Assembly: GCA_963795085.1 (NCBI GenBank)
Contig: CAWCFX010000003.1
Coordinates: 259,411 to 323,410 of the forward strand
DNA length: 64,000 bases
Source of the DNA: an uncultured Gemmatimonadales bacterium
Lineage (GTDB): Bacteria > Gemmatimonadota > Gemmatimonadetes > Gemmatimonadales > GWC2-71-9
Direction of reading: 5' to 3'
Positions 44,003 through 52,329 of this stretch are shown in pieces; position 1 is the first letter of the stretch; each line of letters starts with the position of its first letter. Below the pieces are notes generated by a model. That model saw only the letters and a program-made list of their open reading frames with translations. It searched no databases and had not been told where the DNA came from. The position numbers and the translations under genes are program-made.

Positions 44003-46408
44003 TCAATCCGCCACCTGCTCGAACCGCAGATTGAGCACCGGGTACTCCCGCCACCCGTCAAAGTCGAAGTGCCACCACTCTTCCGCATACACGGTAAAGC
44101 CCTGGGCCTCCATCGCGGTACGCAGCAGCTCTCGATGCCAGCGCTGCCGTGCGGTGCCCCCGGGGTACCCCGGCAGGCTGCGGGGGGTGGCCTCGTCGTA
44201 GGTTCCCACCATTTCCACCGGCGCGCCAGTCTCGAGGTCGTAAAGGGTCAGGTCCACGGCCGCGCCCCGGTTGTGCCGCGATCCGTTGGCCGGATCAGCC
44301 ACCAGCCAGCGGAGGGAATCGGGGGTGGCATCCCAGAACACGCGGGTGACGTACCAGGGCCGGTAGGCATCGTGAATCAGCAGGCCGTAGCCCTGGTCCC
44401 GGAGCCAGCGGTGGGCCCGGAGCAGGGCTTCCCCGGCCGGCCGCTGAAGTAATGCGCGCGCAGCGGAGTAGAACGTGGTGCCCAGGAAGTTGTTGGTCGT
44501 GGCGTATCTGATGTCGAACCGGATGGTCGCGTCCAGGGTGGCGAGGTCCACCAGGTCCGGCGCCCGAAGACCGCCGGGCTGGACCGGCGGAGTGGCGGCC
44601 AGCGCCTCCTGCAACAACATGGGCACCGGACGAACCGGGGTGACCTGGAGTTGCCCGTTCGCTTCGGGGCCGACCGACCGGCGGGGAAACTCGATGCCAT
44701 TCAGGCTGACCGATATTCCCCTGCCCTCCGCGTCCCGGCGAACCACGAGGCGCTCCCCGGCGTATAAGCCGCGGGGTGGCAATCGGAAGACCGAATCGGA
44801 CAGCTCCTCGAGCGGGAAGGCGAAAAACCACTCGATCAGCACCCGGAGTCGCCCGAGGTCCTCGTAGAGGTAAAGGACGTTGTGGTCCCACCCGTATTCA
44901 CCGATGAGTCCCGCCCAGCGGGCGGGGACCTCGGGAGGAAACGGGGGGGGCGCCCTGGTGAAGAATTGCTCTCCGAACGCGATGGAGCTGTCGGTGAGCG
45001 GCGAAAAGGCGTTACCGAACTCCCGGACATCGTCCACCACGAGGTCGGGACCGGAGGCGCGCAGCGCGACCGCCACTCCGCCCGCCGGGACCAGGGCCAG
45101 GCCATCGGGCCGCTCCAGCAACTCGAAACGCCGCTGGCCGTGGAAATAGTGGCCTCGCATGGCACGGGCGCGCCCGGGCGGAATCGGCTCGGTCTGCAGC
45201 GGTTCGGGAAGCGGACCCCCGGCCCGCTCCGCCCGCATGGCGCGCAGCGCGAACGCGCCGAGGCGCTCCAGCACCTGGTTGGAGAACTCGAGATTGGCAA
45301 TGACCACGACGCCGAGTTTTTCCGCGGTCAGGCCGTGCAGCTCAGTGGAGAAGCCGTAAACCGCCCCGCCGTGGCTCACGTGCGGGCTGCCTTCGAAAGG
45401 GCTCACCCCGAACCCCAGTCCAAAAAAGGAGCCGGCCTCGAACTGGGGCCGCCACATCTGCTCCAGTGCGGCCGAGTCCACCAGCGGGGTATCCGCCACG
45501 GTCCCCCGGCGAAACAGGAAGCTGAGGAAGCGGGCCAGGTCCACGGCGGTGGAACGCAGGCCCGCCGCAGGCTCGATTCCCCACTCGAAGTCAGGCGCCC
45601 CGAAGCGGCGTCCGTCCACCGTCCACATCGTGCCGGCAGCCGCCTCGCCCGGCAGGACCGGGGGCCCGAAGGCCGACCGGCTCATCCCGATCGGCCCGAG
45701 GAGGCGTTGGGCCATGACCCGGTCAAACGGGGCCCCGGCGGCCACCTCGAGCACCCGCCCGGCGACGGCGTAACCGGCGTTGGAGTACTTGACGGTGCTC
45801 TCCGGAGGAAACACCAGGGTGGTGCCGTTGAGACTGGCCACGGTCGCGGCGAGCGTCGCGGGCGCCGGGGTGAAGTAGTTGCCCACCGGGGGTTCGTGCA
45901 CCAGGCCGGAGCGATGCGCCAGCAGTTGCCGCAATGTTACCGGGCGCGACCCAGGGTTTCCGGGGTTGAAGCCAGGGAGATAGTCCGTAACTGGCCGGTC
46001 GAGGCCCAGCCCGCCCGTTCCCACCTCCTGCATGACACCGAGCGCGGTAAACAACTTGGAGACGGACCCTACCCGGTAGATGGTCTGGGCGGTCGCGGGA
46101 AGGCTGTCGGCCGGGCGGGCGGTCCCGAAACCGCGCGCCCACACAATCCGCTGGTCCTCCACCAGGGCGATGGAGAGACCGGGGATCGCCTTGTCGGCCA
46201 TTTCATGGACGATGAACCGGGTGACCGCCGCCGCAGTCTGGGAGTAGGACGGGGCCGCCGGGATGGAATCCTGGCCGCCCGCCGGCCCGGCGCTTGCCAG
46301 CAGGATGGACACCAGGGCGAAACACCGGCGGCGGCGGGGGCCGCACGGCGCCCTGTGATGGCCGCCACACACCGGGCGCGCCCATCCGGGGTAGGTTGGG
46401 ATCATCAT
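44003..46408 (-). CDS. secreted fusion protein: beta-lactamase-fold serine hydrolase (PBP/DD-peptidase-like) + middle domain + C-terminal VanX/DdpX-like D-Ala-D-Ala dipeptidase (M15D)
   Basis: 801-aa ORF. N-terminal hydrophobic leader. SxxK (GSVSKLF, about residue 115), YxN (YSNAGY). C-terminal 200 aa: RFDIRYATTNNFLG..., LLIHDAYRPW, SRHNRGAAVDLTL, EWWHFDF (VanX Zn and catalytic residues). Confidence 0.75.
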   Translation of the reverse strand: MMIPTYPGWARPVCGGHHRAPCGPRRRRCFALVSILLASAGPAGGQDSIPAAPSYSQTAAAVTRFIVHEMADKAIPGLSIALVEDQRIVWARGFGTARPADSLPATAQTIYRVGSVSKLFTALGVMQEVGTGGLGLDRPVTDYLPGFNPGNPGSRPVTLRQLLAHRSGLVHEPPVGNYFTPAPATLAATVASLNGTTLVFPPESTVKYSNAGYAVAGRVLEVAAGAPFDRVMAQRLLGPIGMSRSAFGPPVLPGEAAAGTMWTVDGRRFGAPDFEWGIEPAAGLRSTAVDLARFLSFLFRRGTVADTPLVDSAALEQMWRPQFEAGSFFGLGFGVSPFEGSPHVSHGGAVYGFSTELHGLTAEKLGVVVIANLEFSNQVLERLGAFALRAMRAERAGGPLPEPLQTEPIPPGRARAMRGHYFHGQRRFELLERPDGLALVPAGGVAVALRASGPDLVVDDVREFGNAFSPLTDSSIAFGEQFFTRAPPPFPPEVPARWAGLIGEYGWDHNVLYLYEDLGRLRVLIEWFFAFPLEELSDSVFRLPPRGLYAGERLVVRRDAEGRGISVSLNGIEFPRRSVGPEANGQLQVTPVRPVPMLLQEALAATPPVQPGGLRAPDLVDLATLDATIRFDIRYATTNNFLGTTFYSAARALLQRPAGEALLRAHRWLRDQGYGLLIHDAYRPWYVTRVFWDATPDSLRWLVADPANGSRHNRGAAVDLTLYDLETGAPVEMVGTYDEATPRSLPGYPGGTARQRWHRELLRTAMEAQGFTVYAEEWWHFDFDGWREYPVLNLRFEQVAD

Positions 46409-46447
46409 TGCCGTCCGCCGTTTTCTGCCAAATCAGGAGTGAAGAAC

Positions 46448-46645
46448 ATGCCCAGGGAAGTGCCGCGCCGTCGCGCCAGTGATCGGGACCAGCACGCCGA
46501 ACCGGGACTCATGTTCGGGCTGGATTGGGCTCGCGAGGACGAGTCGCCGGCCAGCTTCGACCCGCAGGCGCCGACCCCCGACCGCCGCGAACGCAGTCTG
46601 GACTGGGCCGGAGATGACCGCCGGGCCCGGCGGACAGGCTCCTAG
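46448..46645 (+). CDS. possible small charged protein (65 aa) with internal LDWA repeat
   Basis: Tail of the long shadow ORF 44882..46645. The ATG at 46448 is preceded by AGGAG (46434-46438) at 9-nt spacing and sits in an otherwise 233-nt gene-free gap. Third-codon-position G+C is about 80 percent by hand count. Sequence: MPREVPRRRASDRDQHAEPGLMFGLDWAREDESPASFDPQAPTPDRRERSLDWAGDDRRARRTGS. No family recognised. Confidence 0.35.
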   Translation: MPREVPRRRASDRDQHAEPGLMFGLDWAREDESPASFDPQAPTPDRRERSLDWAGDDRRARRTGS

Positions 46646-49341
46646 CGGCCGGTCCCCAATAATACCGCGTTGGTCACCAGCCTGGCGGTCCCGCGCCAGA
46701 ACCCCCGGAACAGGGGGTTCTCCGCGAAAACTACCACCGATCCGCGACCGACGTTTTCGACCGCGGCCCACACCGAGCCACGAAGCAGCTTCTCGGTGTT
46801 TCCGGGCCACGTGAACCCGGCAAGGGTCAGGTCGGAGCCCACAAAGACGACCGGGTTATCTCCCTTCTCCGAGGGCTTGAGCAGCCGGCCGGTATCCAGG
46901 AACACGGGAAGCACATCCCGGGCATACCCCATGGTGAGCCAGTGGGTCTGGTCGAGGGAGGCCCGGAAGATGGCGCCGGGAATGCGGACCGGGGTGCGGC
47001 TCGCCCCCGCGCTGGGCGACACCAGCGGGGGCGCCGGCCGGCTGCTCAGGCTCACCGTCGTATCGGCCCCGGGCAGCTTGGTCTTATCGGTTTCGTCCTC
47101 GCCCAGCGGCACCACGGTGGTGAGGGAGATCTCCTTGCGGCTCAGCACCTCGACCGCGCCCCCCACGGCGAGAATGCTGCCGCCGCTTCGCACCCAACTC
47201 TTCAACCGTTCTGCCCCGCTCTCGCCGAGTTCCCGCCAGATCCGGCTGGAAGACCCGCCCGGAAGAATCAGGACGTTGTATCGGTCGAGGTCCATCCCGC
47301 TGATGGCCGAGAGCCGCACCGGCGTGACCGGGTAGCGCAGCTCCTGCTCGAAGTAATACCAGAAGTCTCCAAAGGTCGTCTGGTCGAGTCCATCATCCGC
47401 CGCGAGCAGGACCCGGGGCGTCCGCAGGCTGACGACGCTTTCGCTGCCCACCCCGGTGTTGCCGGTATCGGCGAAGGCCGACTGCACGGCGGTCACCTGG
47501 GCGCCGGTCTCCATGGCCAGCGCCGCGATCCGCTCGTGGATGCCCACAGGATTTCGTTGCAGCCGCACCACGAACGTACCCCGCGGCCAGGCGGCGCCAT
47601 CGGCGACGAGAGGCGCGGTGGCGACGGCGACCTTGAAATCCTCGCGCAGGAGCTGCATCGCGAGCCGGGCACCCGCCTCCGATCCGTTGGTAAACACGTA
47701 GGCCGAGCGGGCCCGCCCGGTTACGGTCCCCGGCGGCAGGCTGTCATCCACCGCCACCCGACGCCCGCTGACCGGCGCGGCCTCGTCGGTGTGCCAGGCG
47801 TCGAGACCCAGCGTCAGCGGCAGCGCCCATGCCGTGATGTCGTAGAATTCGTAGCCTTCCTGGGCGGCTTCCTCGCCCCGGATCCGGTTGCGTTCGAAGC
47901 GGCCCAGCTGACGCTGGGCGAACCCGCTGTCCATCAGCGGCCGCGGTTCCAGGATGGCGGTGGCCAGCCGGGCCTCCGGCTGGTCGAGATCCACCACGTA
48001 GCTGCCGGCCGGAATGACCTGCCGTCCCGCCGGACCGCCCAGGTAGGACGTGGCCCGGGCCAGGGCGACCGGGGCCTCGGTGCGTATCACCTCGATGTGC
48101 TGGCGGGACAGCAGGCTTGCCAGCCAGTGGGCGCGAGCCGGGTCGCCGGCGCCGCCAAACACGATGCGCCGGAGCGGCCGTCCCCGCGCCTCCGCCATGC
48201 CGGTGGCGTGGAAGGCGTGGTAATCCTGGAGCAGCGCCGCCCGGTTGGCCGCCGCCGTGGCCAGGGTGGCCAGGGAAGCGACATAGTGATGCGCGATGCC
48301 CATCTCGAAGCTGGTCCAGGTCCCGTCGTCCTTGCGCTTCCGAAGCTCCGGCCCCCCGTCGGTCTCATACGTCATCCCGATGGCCCCGCTCAGGGTGGGC
48401 CATTCGTCCACGTAGCCGGGGTAGAAGAAATCGAACACGTCCCGCACGTAGTACTGCCAGCCGTAGCGGTCGAAGGCGTTCCCGTTGTTGCGGCCAAACC
48501 GTTCGAACCACTGAAGGGTCGATGCCGGCAGGTTGCGGTTGGTCGGCTGGGTGACCGGGGGGAAGAAATATTGACTGGTCGTGCTGTGCAGGTCCACGAC
48601 TACCTGGGGCCGCCACCGCGTCATCACGCCGGCGAGGGCACGCGATTCCAGCTGCGACTGGGCCAGCAGGTCCCGGTTCATGTCGAACCGGTAATGGTTG
48701 TACCGGCCCCAGATGCTCCAGGGTTCGGTCTGTTCCAGCGCCGCCGGCTCGTCGGTGTTGACGGCGACCGAATTGTACCACGCGGCGAACCGCTCGTGCC
48801 CATCGGGGTTCTGCGACGGATTGATGAGGACGAGGGTCTGCCGGAGGATCTCCAGGGTCGCCGGCTCGTCGCTCGCCAGCAGTTGATACGCGGTCTGCAT
48901 GGCCGTCTCGAAGCCGGCCGGTTCATTGCCATGCACCGAGTGGGACAGCAGGACCACGGCGGGCAGCCCCTCGGCGACGGATCGGGCGTCAGCGGCGGTC
49001 GTCGCCCGCGCATCGGCCAGCCGGGCCAGCCCGGCGCGGATCTGGTCCAGCCGGGCCAGGTTTTCCGGCGCCGAGATGATCAGCAGCCGCATCACTTTCC
49101 CCTCGGCGGTCCGGCCCATCACCTCGGTCCGGACCCGCTCCGGCGCCGCCGCCATCATCCGGTCCAGCACCCCCTGCTGCTGGTGATACATCGTGTGCCG
49201 GGCGCCAATCCGGTATCCCAGGAGGCTTTCCGGGCGAGGCACGGCGGCGCGGTAGGGACCCCGATCGTAGAAATCGAACTCCTGGGCCGCCAGCGGGGTG
49301 GCCAGGGAGAGGGCGATGGCGAGGGCAATGAGTCGGGGCAT
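46642..49341 (-). CDS. large secreted M14 family zinc carboxypeptidase with C-terminal extra domains
   Basis: ORF 46642..49359. ATG at 49341 gives signal peptide MPRLIALAIALSLATPLAAQ. M14 Zn motif HSVHGNEPAG, and downstream HS/HST and E residues. The C-terminal region contains a GATase1/DJ-1-like stretch (YNVLILPGGSS...GGSILAVGGA). Confidence 0.8.
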   Translation of the reverse strand: MPRLIALAIALSLATPLAAQEFDFYDRGPYRAAVPRPESLLGYRIGARHTMYHQQQGVLDRMMAAAPERVRTEVMGRTAEGKVMRLLIISAPENLARLDQIRAGLARLADARATTAADARSVAEGLPAVVLLSHSVHGNEPAGFETAMQTAYQLLASDEPATLEILRQTLVLINPSQNPDGHERFAAWYNSVAVNTDEPAALEQTEPWSIWGRYNHYRFDMNRDLLAQSQLESRALAGVMTRWRPQVVVDLHSTTSQYFFPPVTQPTNRNLPASTLQWFERFGRNNGNAFDRYGWQYYVRDVFDFFYPGYVDEWPTLSGAIGMTYETDGGPELRKRKDDGTWTSFEMGIAHHYVASLATLATAAANRAALLQDYHAFHATGMAEARGRPLRRIVFGGAGDPARAHWLASLLSRQHIEVIRTEAPVALARATSYLGGPAGRQVIPAGSYVVDLDQPEARLATAILEPRPLMDSGFAQRQLGRFERNRIRGEEAAQEGYEFYDITAWALPLTLGLDAWHTDEAAPVSGRRVAVDDSLPPGTVTGRARSAYVFTNGSEAGARLAMQLLREDFKVAVATAPLVADGAAWPRGTFVVRLQRNPVGIHERIAALAMETGAQVTAVQSAFADTGNTGVGSESVVSLRTPRVLLAADDGLDQTTFGDFWYYFEQELRYPVTPVRLSAISGMDLDRYNVLILPGGSSSRIWRELGESGAERLKSWVRSGGSILAVGGAVEVLSRKEISLTTVVPLGEDETDKTKLPGADTTVSLSSRPAPPLVSPSAGASRTPVRIPGAIFRASLDQTHWLTMGYARDVLPVFLDTGRLLKPSEKGDNPVVFVGSDLTLAGFTWPGNTEKLLRGSVWAAVENVGRGSVVVFAENPLFRGFWRGTARLVTNAVLLGTGR

Positions 49342-49444
49342 GGGGGGCAAAGGGGGCAAAGGGGCAAAGGGGCAAAGGGGGCAAGGGCAAGGGGCCAGAG
49401 GGTATGGGGGTACGGCCCGCTTGCCCCCTGTCCCCCTGGCCCTC
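49342..49444. repeat. G-tract tandem array (GGGG(G)CAAA x4, GGGGGCAA, GGGCAA...) followed by an imperfect G/C palindrome
   Basis: Read directly from the sequence. Nine G-tracts of 3 or more lie between 49342 and 49412. GGGCCAGAGGGTATGGGGG (49392-49410) pairs imperfectly (15/19) with CCCCCTGTCCCCCTGGCCC (49424-49442). It fills the whole gap between the yihY-like stop and the M14 start. Confidence 0.85.
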
Positions 49445-50377
49445 TTACGTCAGGATCGCCTGCTGCTGCTGCTGACGGGAGCGCAAATCCCAGGTTTCAG
49501 CCACGACGCCGCCGAGCAGGAACACGATGGCGGTGTACCAGACCCAGAGCACGAAGAGAATCATGGCACCCAGGTTGGCATCGAGAGTGAACTGGCTGTT
49601 CTGCACGATGCGCCCAAGGTACAGCCCGAAGAGACGCTTGGCCACTTCGAAGGCGATCGCCGTAAAGCTTGCGGCCACCATGGCGGCCCGCCAGGGCAGC
49701 CGCCGGATAGACGCGTAGCGGTAGATCACGAAGAAGAGGACGATCGAGAATCCTACCGTGAGGACCTCCCCCAGCATCCGGCCCAGGGTGGTGAAAAAGA
49801 ACGCGGTCAGCGGGGTCTCGCCCTCGGCCTGCCGGGGCAGGATGGACAGCAGGGTGCTCAACACGGTGTTGAGCAGGAACAGCAGGATGACCGCCACGAC
49901 CATGGAGACATCGCGCAGCTTGGCGAGAAGGTAGTTTACCAGGAAATGCCGCCGCACGGTCCGCACCGAGACATCGTACAGAAAGTTGAGGGCGGTGCGG
50001 ATGCCGGCGAAGAGGCGGGTACTGAACCAGATGAAACTGGGCAGCGCGTACAGGGTAAGCTTGCCCCGGTTCTCGGTCACCTTGGCCAGCAGCGCCTCGA
50101 CCACGGCGAATGGATCGTTGCCGCCCACCAGGGTGTGGGCGGGCAGAAATGGCTGCAGCAGCTGGTGAATGTCCACCGTGGAGGAGTTGCCCTGCAGCTC
50201 GGCCAGGTAGGTCAGCGCCACCAGGAGCAGCAGGATAAAGGGGACGGCGGCCAGCAACGCGTCGAAGGTCAGCGCGCTGGCCAGGAAGGGGACGTTGTTT
50301 TCGTCGGCGGCCTGCAGAGTGCGCCGGACGAACCCGCGGAGGCTGCGGTGCCAGCCTCCCAGGACGATACTGGTCAG
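49445..50377 (-). CDS. YihY/BrkB (ribonuclease BN-like) family membrane protein; 5' end uncertain
   Basis: The track ORF 49445..50257 starts at a TTG. Family similarity clearly extends upstream in the same frame (WHRSLRGFVRRTLQAADENNVPFLASALTFDALLAAVPF...), with no ATG/GTG/TTG back to the in-frame stop at 50540-50542. A CTG at 50375-50377 overlaps the ytxH stop (CTGA). Six TM helices follow. Confidence 0.65.
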   Translation of the reverse strand: MTSIVLGGWHRSLRGFVRRTLQAADENNVPFLASALTFDALLAAVPFILLLLVALTYLAELQGNSSTVDIHQLLQPFLPAHTLVGGNDPFAVVEALLAKVTENRGKLTLYALPSFIWFSTRLFAGIRTALNFLYDVSVRTVRRHFLVNYLLAKLRDVSMVVAVILLFLLNTVLSTLLSILPRQAEGETPLTAFFFTTLGRMLGEVLTVGFSIVLFFVIYRYASIRRLPWRAAMVAASFTAIAFEVAKRLFGLYLGRIVQNSQFTLDANLGAMILFVLWVWYTAIVFLLGGVVAETWDLRSRQQQQQAILT

Positions 50378-50808
50378 GCGGTGGGCTCCTGGGCGCGGGG
50401 GCCCCGGCGGCGGGCGCGGGCCTGTTCCAGCCGGCGTTCCAGCTCTTCCCGGGCGCCACCCCGCTGCGTGGTCGGCTCCAGGTCGGGCGCGCCGTCCTCG
50501 TCGGCATAATCGAGGTCGTCGGGGGCGTCCACGGCCAGGTCATCCGCGGGGAAGCCCGCGGCCGGGCTGACCCGGTTCCGGCTGGACAACTTCTCGCCCA
50601 GCTCGTCCACCTTCTCTTCGGCCATCGCCCGCACCTTGCGGAGCCGGCGCTTGAGGCCTCGGCGGGTTTCCTCTCCGCTCTGCGGCGCGTACAGCAGGGC
50701 CAGTCCGGCGCCGATCATCGCACCCAGCAGGAGCGCCTTGACCGAGGTCCCGCCCCGCTCCACGAACACGATCTTGCGGCCGTCGTCGTCATCGTCATCG
50801 AAAAACAT
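50374..50808 (-). CDS. YtxH domain-containing protein
   Basis: A single TM (ALLLGAMIGAGLALLYAP), then QSGEETRRGLKRRLRK and a charged helical tail. N-terminal poly-Asp stretch (MFFDDDDDDG). Confidence 0.7.
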   Translation of the reverse strand: MFFDDDDDDGRKIVFVERGGTSVKALLLGAMIGAGLALLYAPQSGEETRRGLKRRLRKVRAMAEEKVDELGEKLSSRNRVSPAAGFPADDLAVDAPDDLDYADEDGAPDLEPTTQRGGAREELERRLEQARARRRGPRAQEPTA

Positions 50809-50814
50809 GGGGAT

Positions 50815-52230
50815 CTATTCTCCAGCTTCGGCGTCGTCCACCGCGGTGACGAGGGCCGGCTTCAGGGAAGCGTGCGGTTGCAGCGGAGCGTGAATGAACT
50901 CGTTCACCAGGGTGATGGTGCCATTGACGTTGAGCTGCTCGAAGAGAAACGCAAAGGTCTTCTCCAGGTCCTTCGCAATGGCGGCGCGAACGTCCTCGGG
51001 CAGCGACCAGAATTCCTGCTTGAAGGGGCCGATCGCCTTTTTCCGCGCCTTGTAGTAAAACTGTTCGTCGGAGTCGCCGGCCTTGAAATCGCTCTGGGCA
51101 TTCTCCTTGACCCACGCCTTGATACGGGAGACCATCTCGGCCGGGAGGCTGGGATGGTCGAACACGATGTTCTGGAAATTGGTGGCGAGGTGGATCTCGG
51201 CGGTCTCGATCCGGGGGAAGTTGCCAAAGGCGTTGGAGGGCAGCGTGCTGGCACCGTGCTGCACCGCGCCGGAGAGGCCGTATTCCTCGCGGGCCACCCG
51301 GGAGAGGGCCGCCAGCGCCTCGAGGTCGAGCTTGACGTCGGCGATGCTGCCGTCCGGCAGCACGACGCCACCGTGGGAGGTGCCGGTCTGCACCGAGATC
51401 TTGGTGATCCCTTCGTAGTCGCCCAGCGCCGCGAGGGCCCGGTTGTAACCCTGCATGAACGCGTGCAGTTCCTCCACGGTGCTGTTCTTGTGTCCGACCT
51501 CGCCGATCTCGGCGCCCACCGAGACGGACACGCCTTCCGGTTCCTGGTCCCGGATGAACTGGGTGATTTCGGCGGCGTGCTGGTAGTTGAGCCGCTGCTG
51601 CTCGTCCAGCGTGGGCCGGGAGAGATCCACCAGGGTGGATGTGTCCACGTCGATGTTGTAGAAACCGGCGCCGACCTCCTCCCCGATCAACTTCTTCACC
51701 TCGCCCAGTTCTCCCGGGGCATCGGCCTGGTATTTCTTGGCGTTGACCTGGCAGTGGTCGCCCTGGATGAAGAGCGGGAGGTGATAGCCCTCGCGCAGCG
51801 CGGCGCCGATGATGACCGCGACGTATTCGGCCGGGCGCTGGTCGGTGTAGGCAATCTCGGAACGGGCGATCTCGAAAATCACCGCGCCGGCCCGCCCCGC
51901 CTTGGCGGTGCGCATGATGGCGCGGGAGGTATCGTAGGTCATCATGCGGACGTTCATCGCCGGCACCGTGAAGCCGGCGCACTCGCCCCGGGCCCGGGCC
52001 TCGTAGATGCCGGTAATCGAGGCCGGCCGCGCGCCCACCGCCTGGCCCAGTTCCCAGAGCAGCCAGCGGGCCGCGTCCCGCCCGGCCGGATCGCCGAAGA
52101 CGGCCTGCCAGACCACCCGGTCGGTGGCCTCCGACTGGAGCTTCGATGCATCCTTCACATGCACGCCGCCCGCCGTCAGGAGCACGGCGCCGGCGTACAG
52201 ATTGACTGCCTGCTGGATCGGATCGGTCAT
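50815..52230 (-). CDS. class II (metal-dependent) ketose/fructose-bisphosphate aldolase, long form
   Basis: 471-aa ORF. FTVPAMNV, LFIQGDHC, FYNIDVDTS, SVGAEIGEVG, VQTGTSHGG, GAVQHGAST. This is the class II aldolase TIM-barrel with the metal His residues, plus a C-terminal extension of about 100 aa. Confidence 0.75.
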   Translation of the reverse strand: MTDPIQQAVNLYAGAVLLTAGGVHVKDASKLQSEATDRVVWQAVFGDPAGRDAARWLLWELGQAVGARPASITGIYEARARGECAGFTVPAMNVRMMTYDTSRAIMRTAKAGRAGAVIFEIARSEIAYTDQRPAEYVAVIIGAALREGYHLPLFIQGDHCQVNAKKYQADAPGELGEVKKLIGEEVGAGFYNIDVDTSTLVDLSRPTLDEQQRLNYQHAAEITQFIRDQEPEGVSVSVGAEIGEVGHKNSTVEELHAFMQGYNRALAALGDYEGITKISVQTGTSHGGVVLPDGSIADVKLDLEALAALSRVAREEYGLSGAVQHGASTLPSNAFGNFPRIETAEIHLATNFQNIVFDHPSLPAEMVSRIKAWVKENAQSDFKAGDSDEQFYYKARKKAIGPFKQEFWSLPEDVRAAIAKDLEKTFAFLFEQLNVNGTITLVNEFIHAPLQPHASLKPALVTAVDDAEAGE

Positions 52231-52329
52231 AGGATTTCCTCGAGCTGGATCAGCGGATTCCTGATTTCAGAATCTAGGCCCGAAACGAGAACGAAGTAAG
52301 TGGGCCGGGCGATCGTGGGACGGTGAAAA

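Noticed and set aside
46942-49590. 882-aa plus-strand ORF opposite the M14 peptidase. Similar long shadows lie at 44882..46645, 60651..62939, 31468..33651 and 52501..54459.
   Set aside because: In each case the opposite strand encodes a protein with unambiguous family motifs (M14 HxxE, IspG, PPK1, PGI and so on), and the long ORF has degenerate Arg/Gly/Pro composition. Only the last 65 codons of 44882..46645 were kept, as a low-confidence candidate, because they fall in a real intergenic gap behind an AGGAG.
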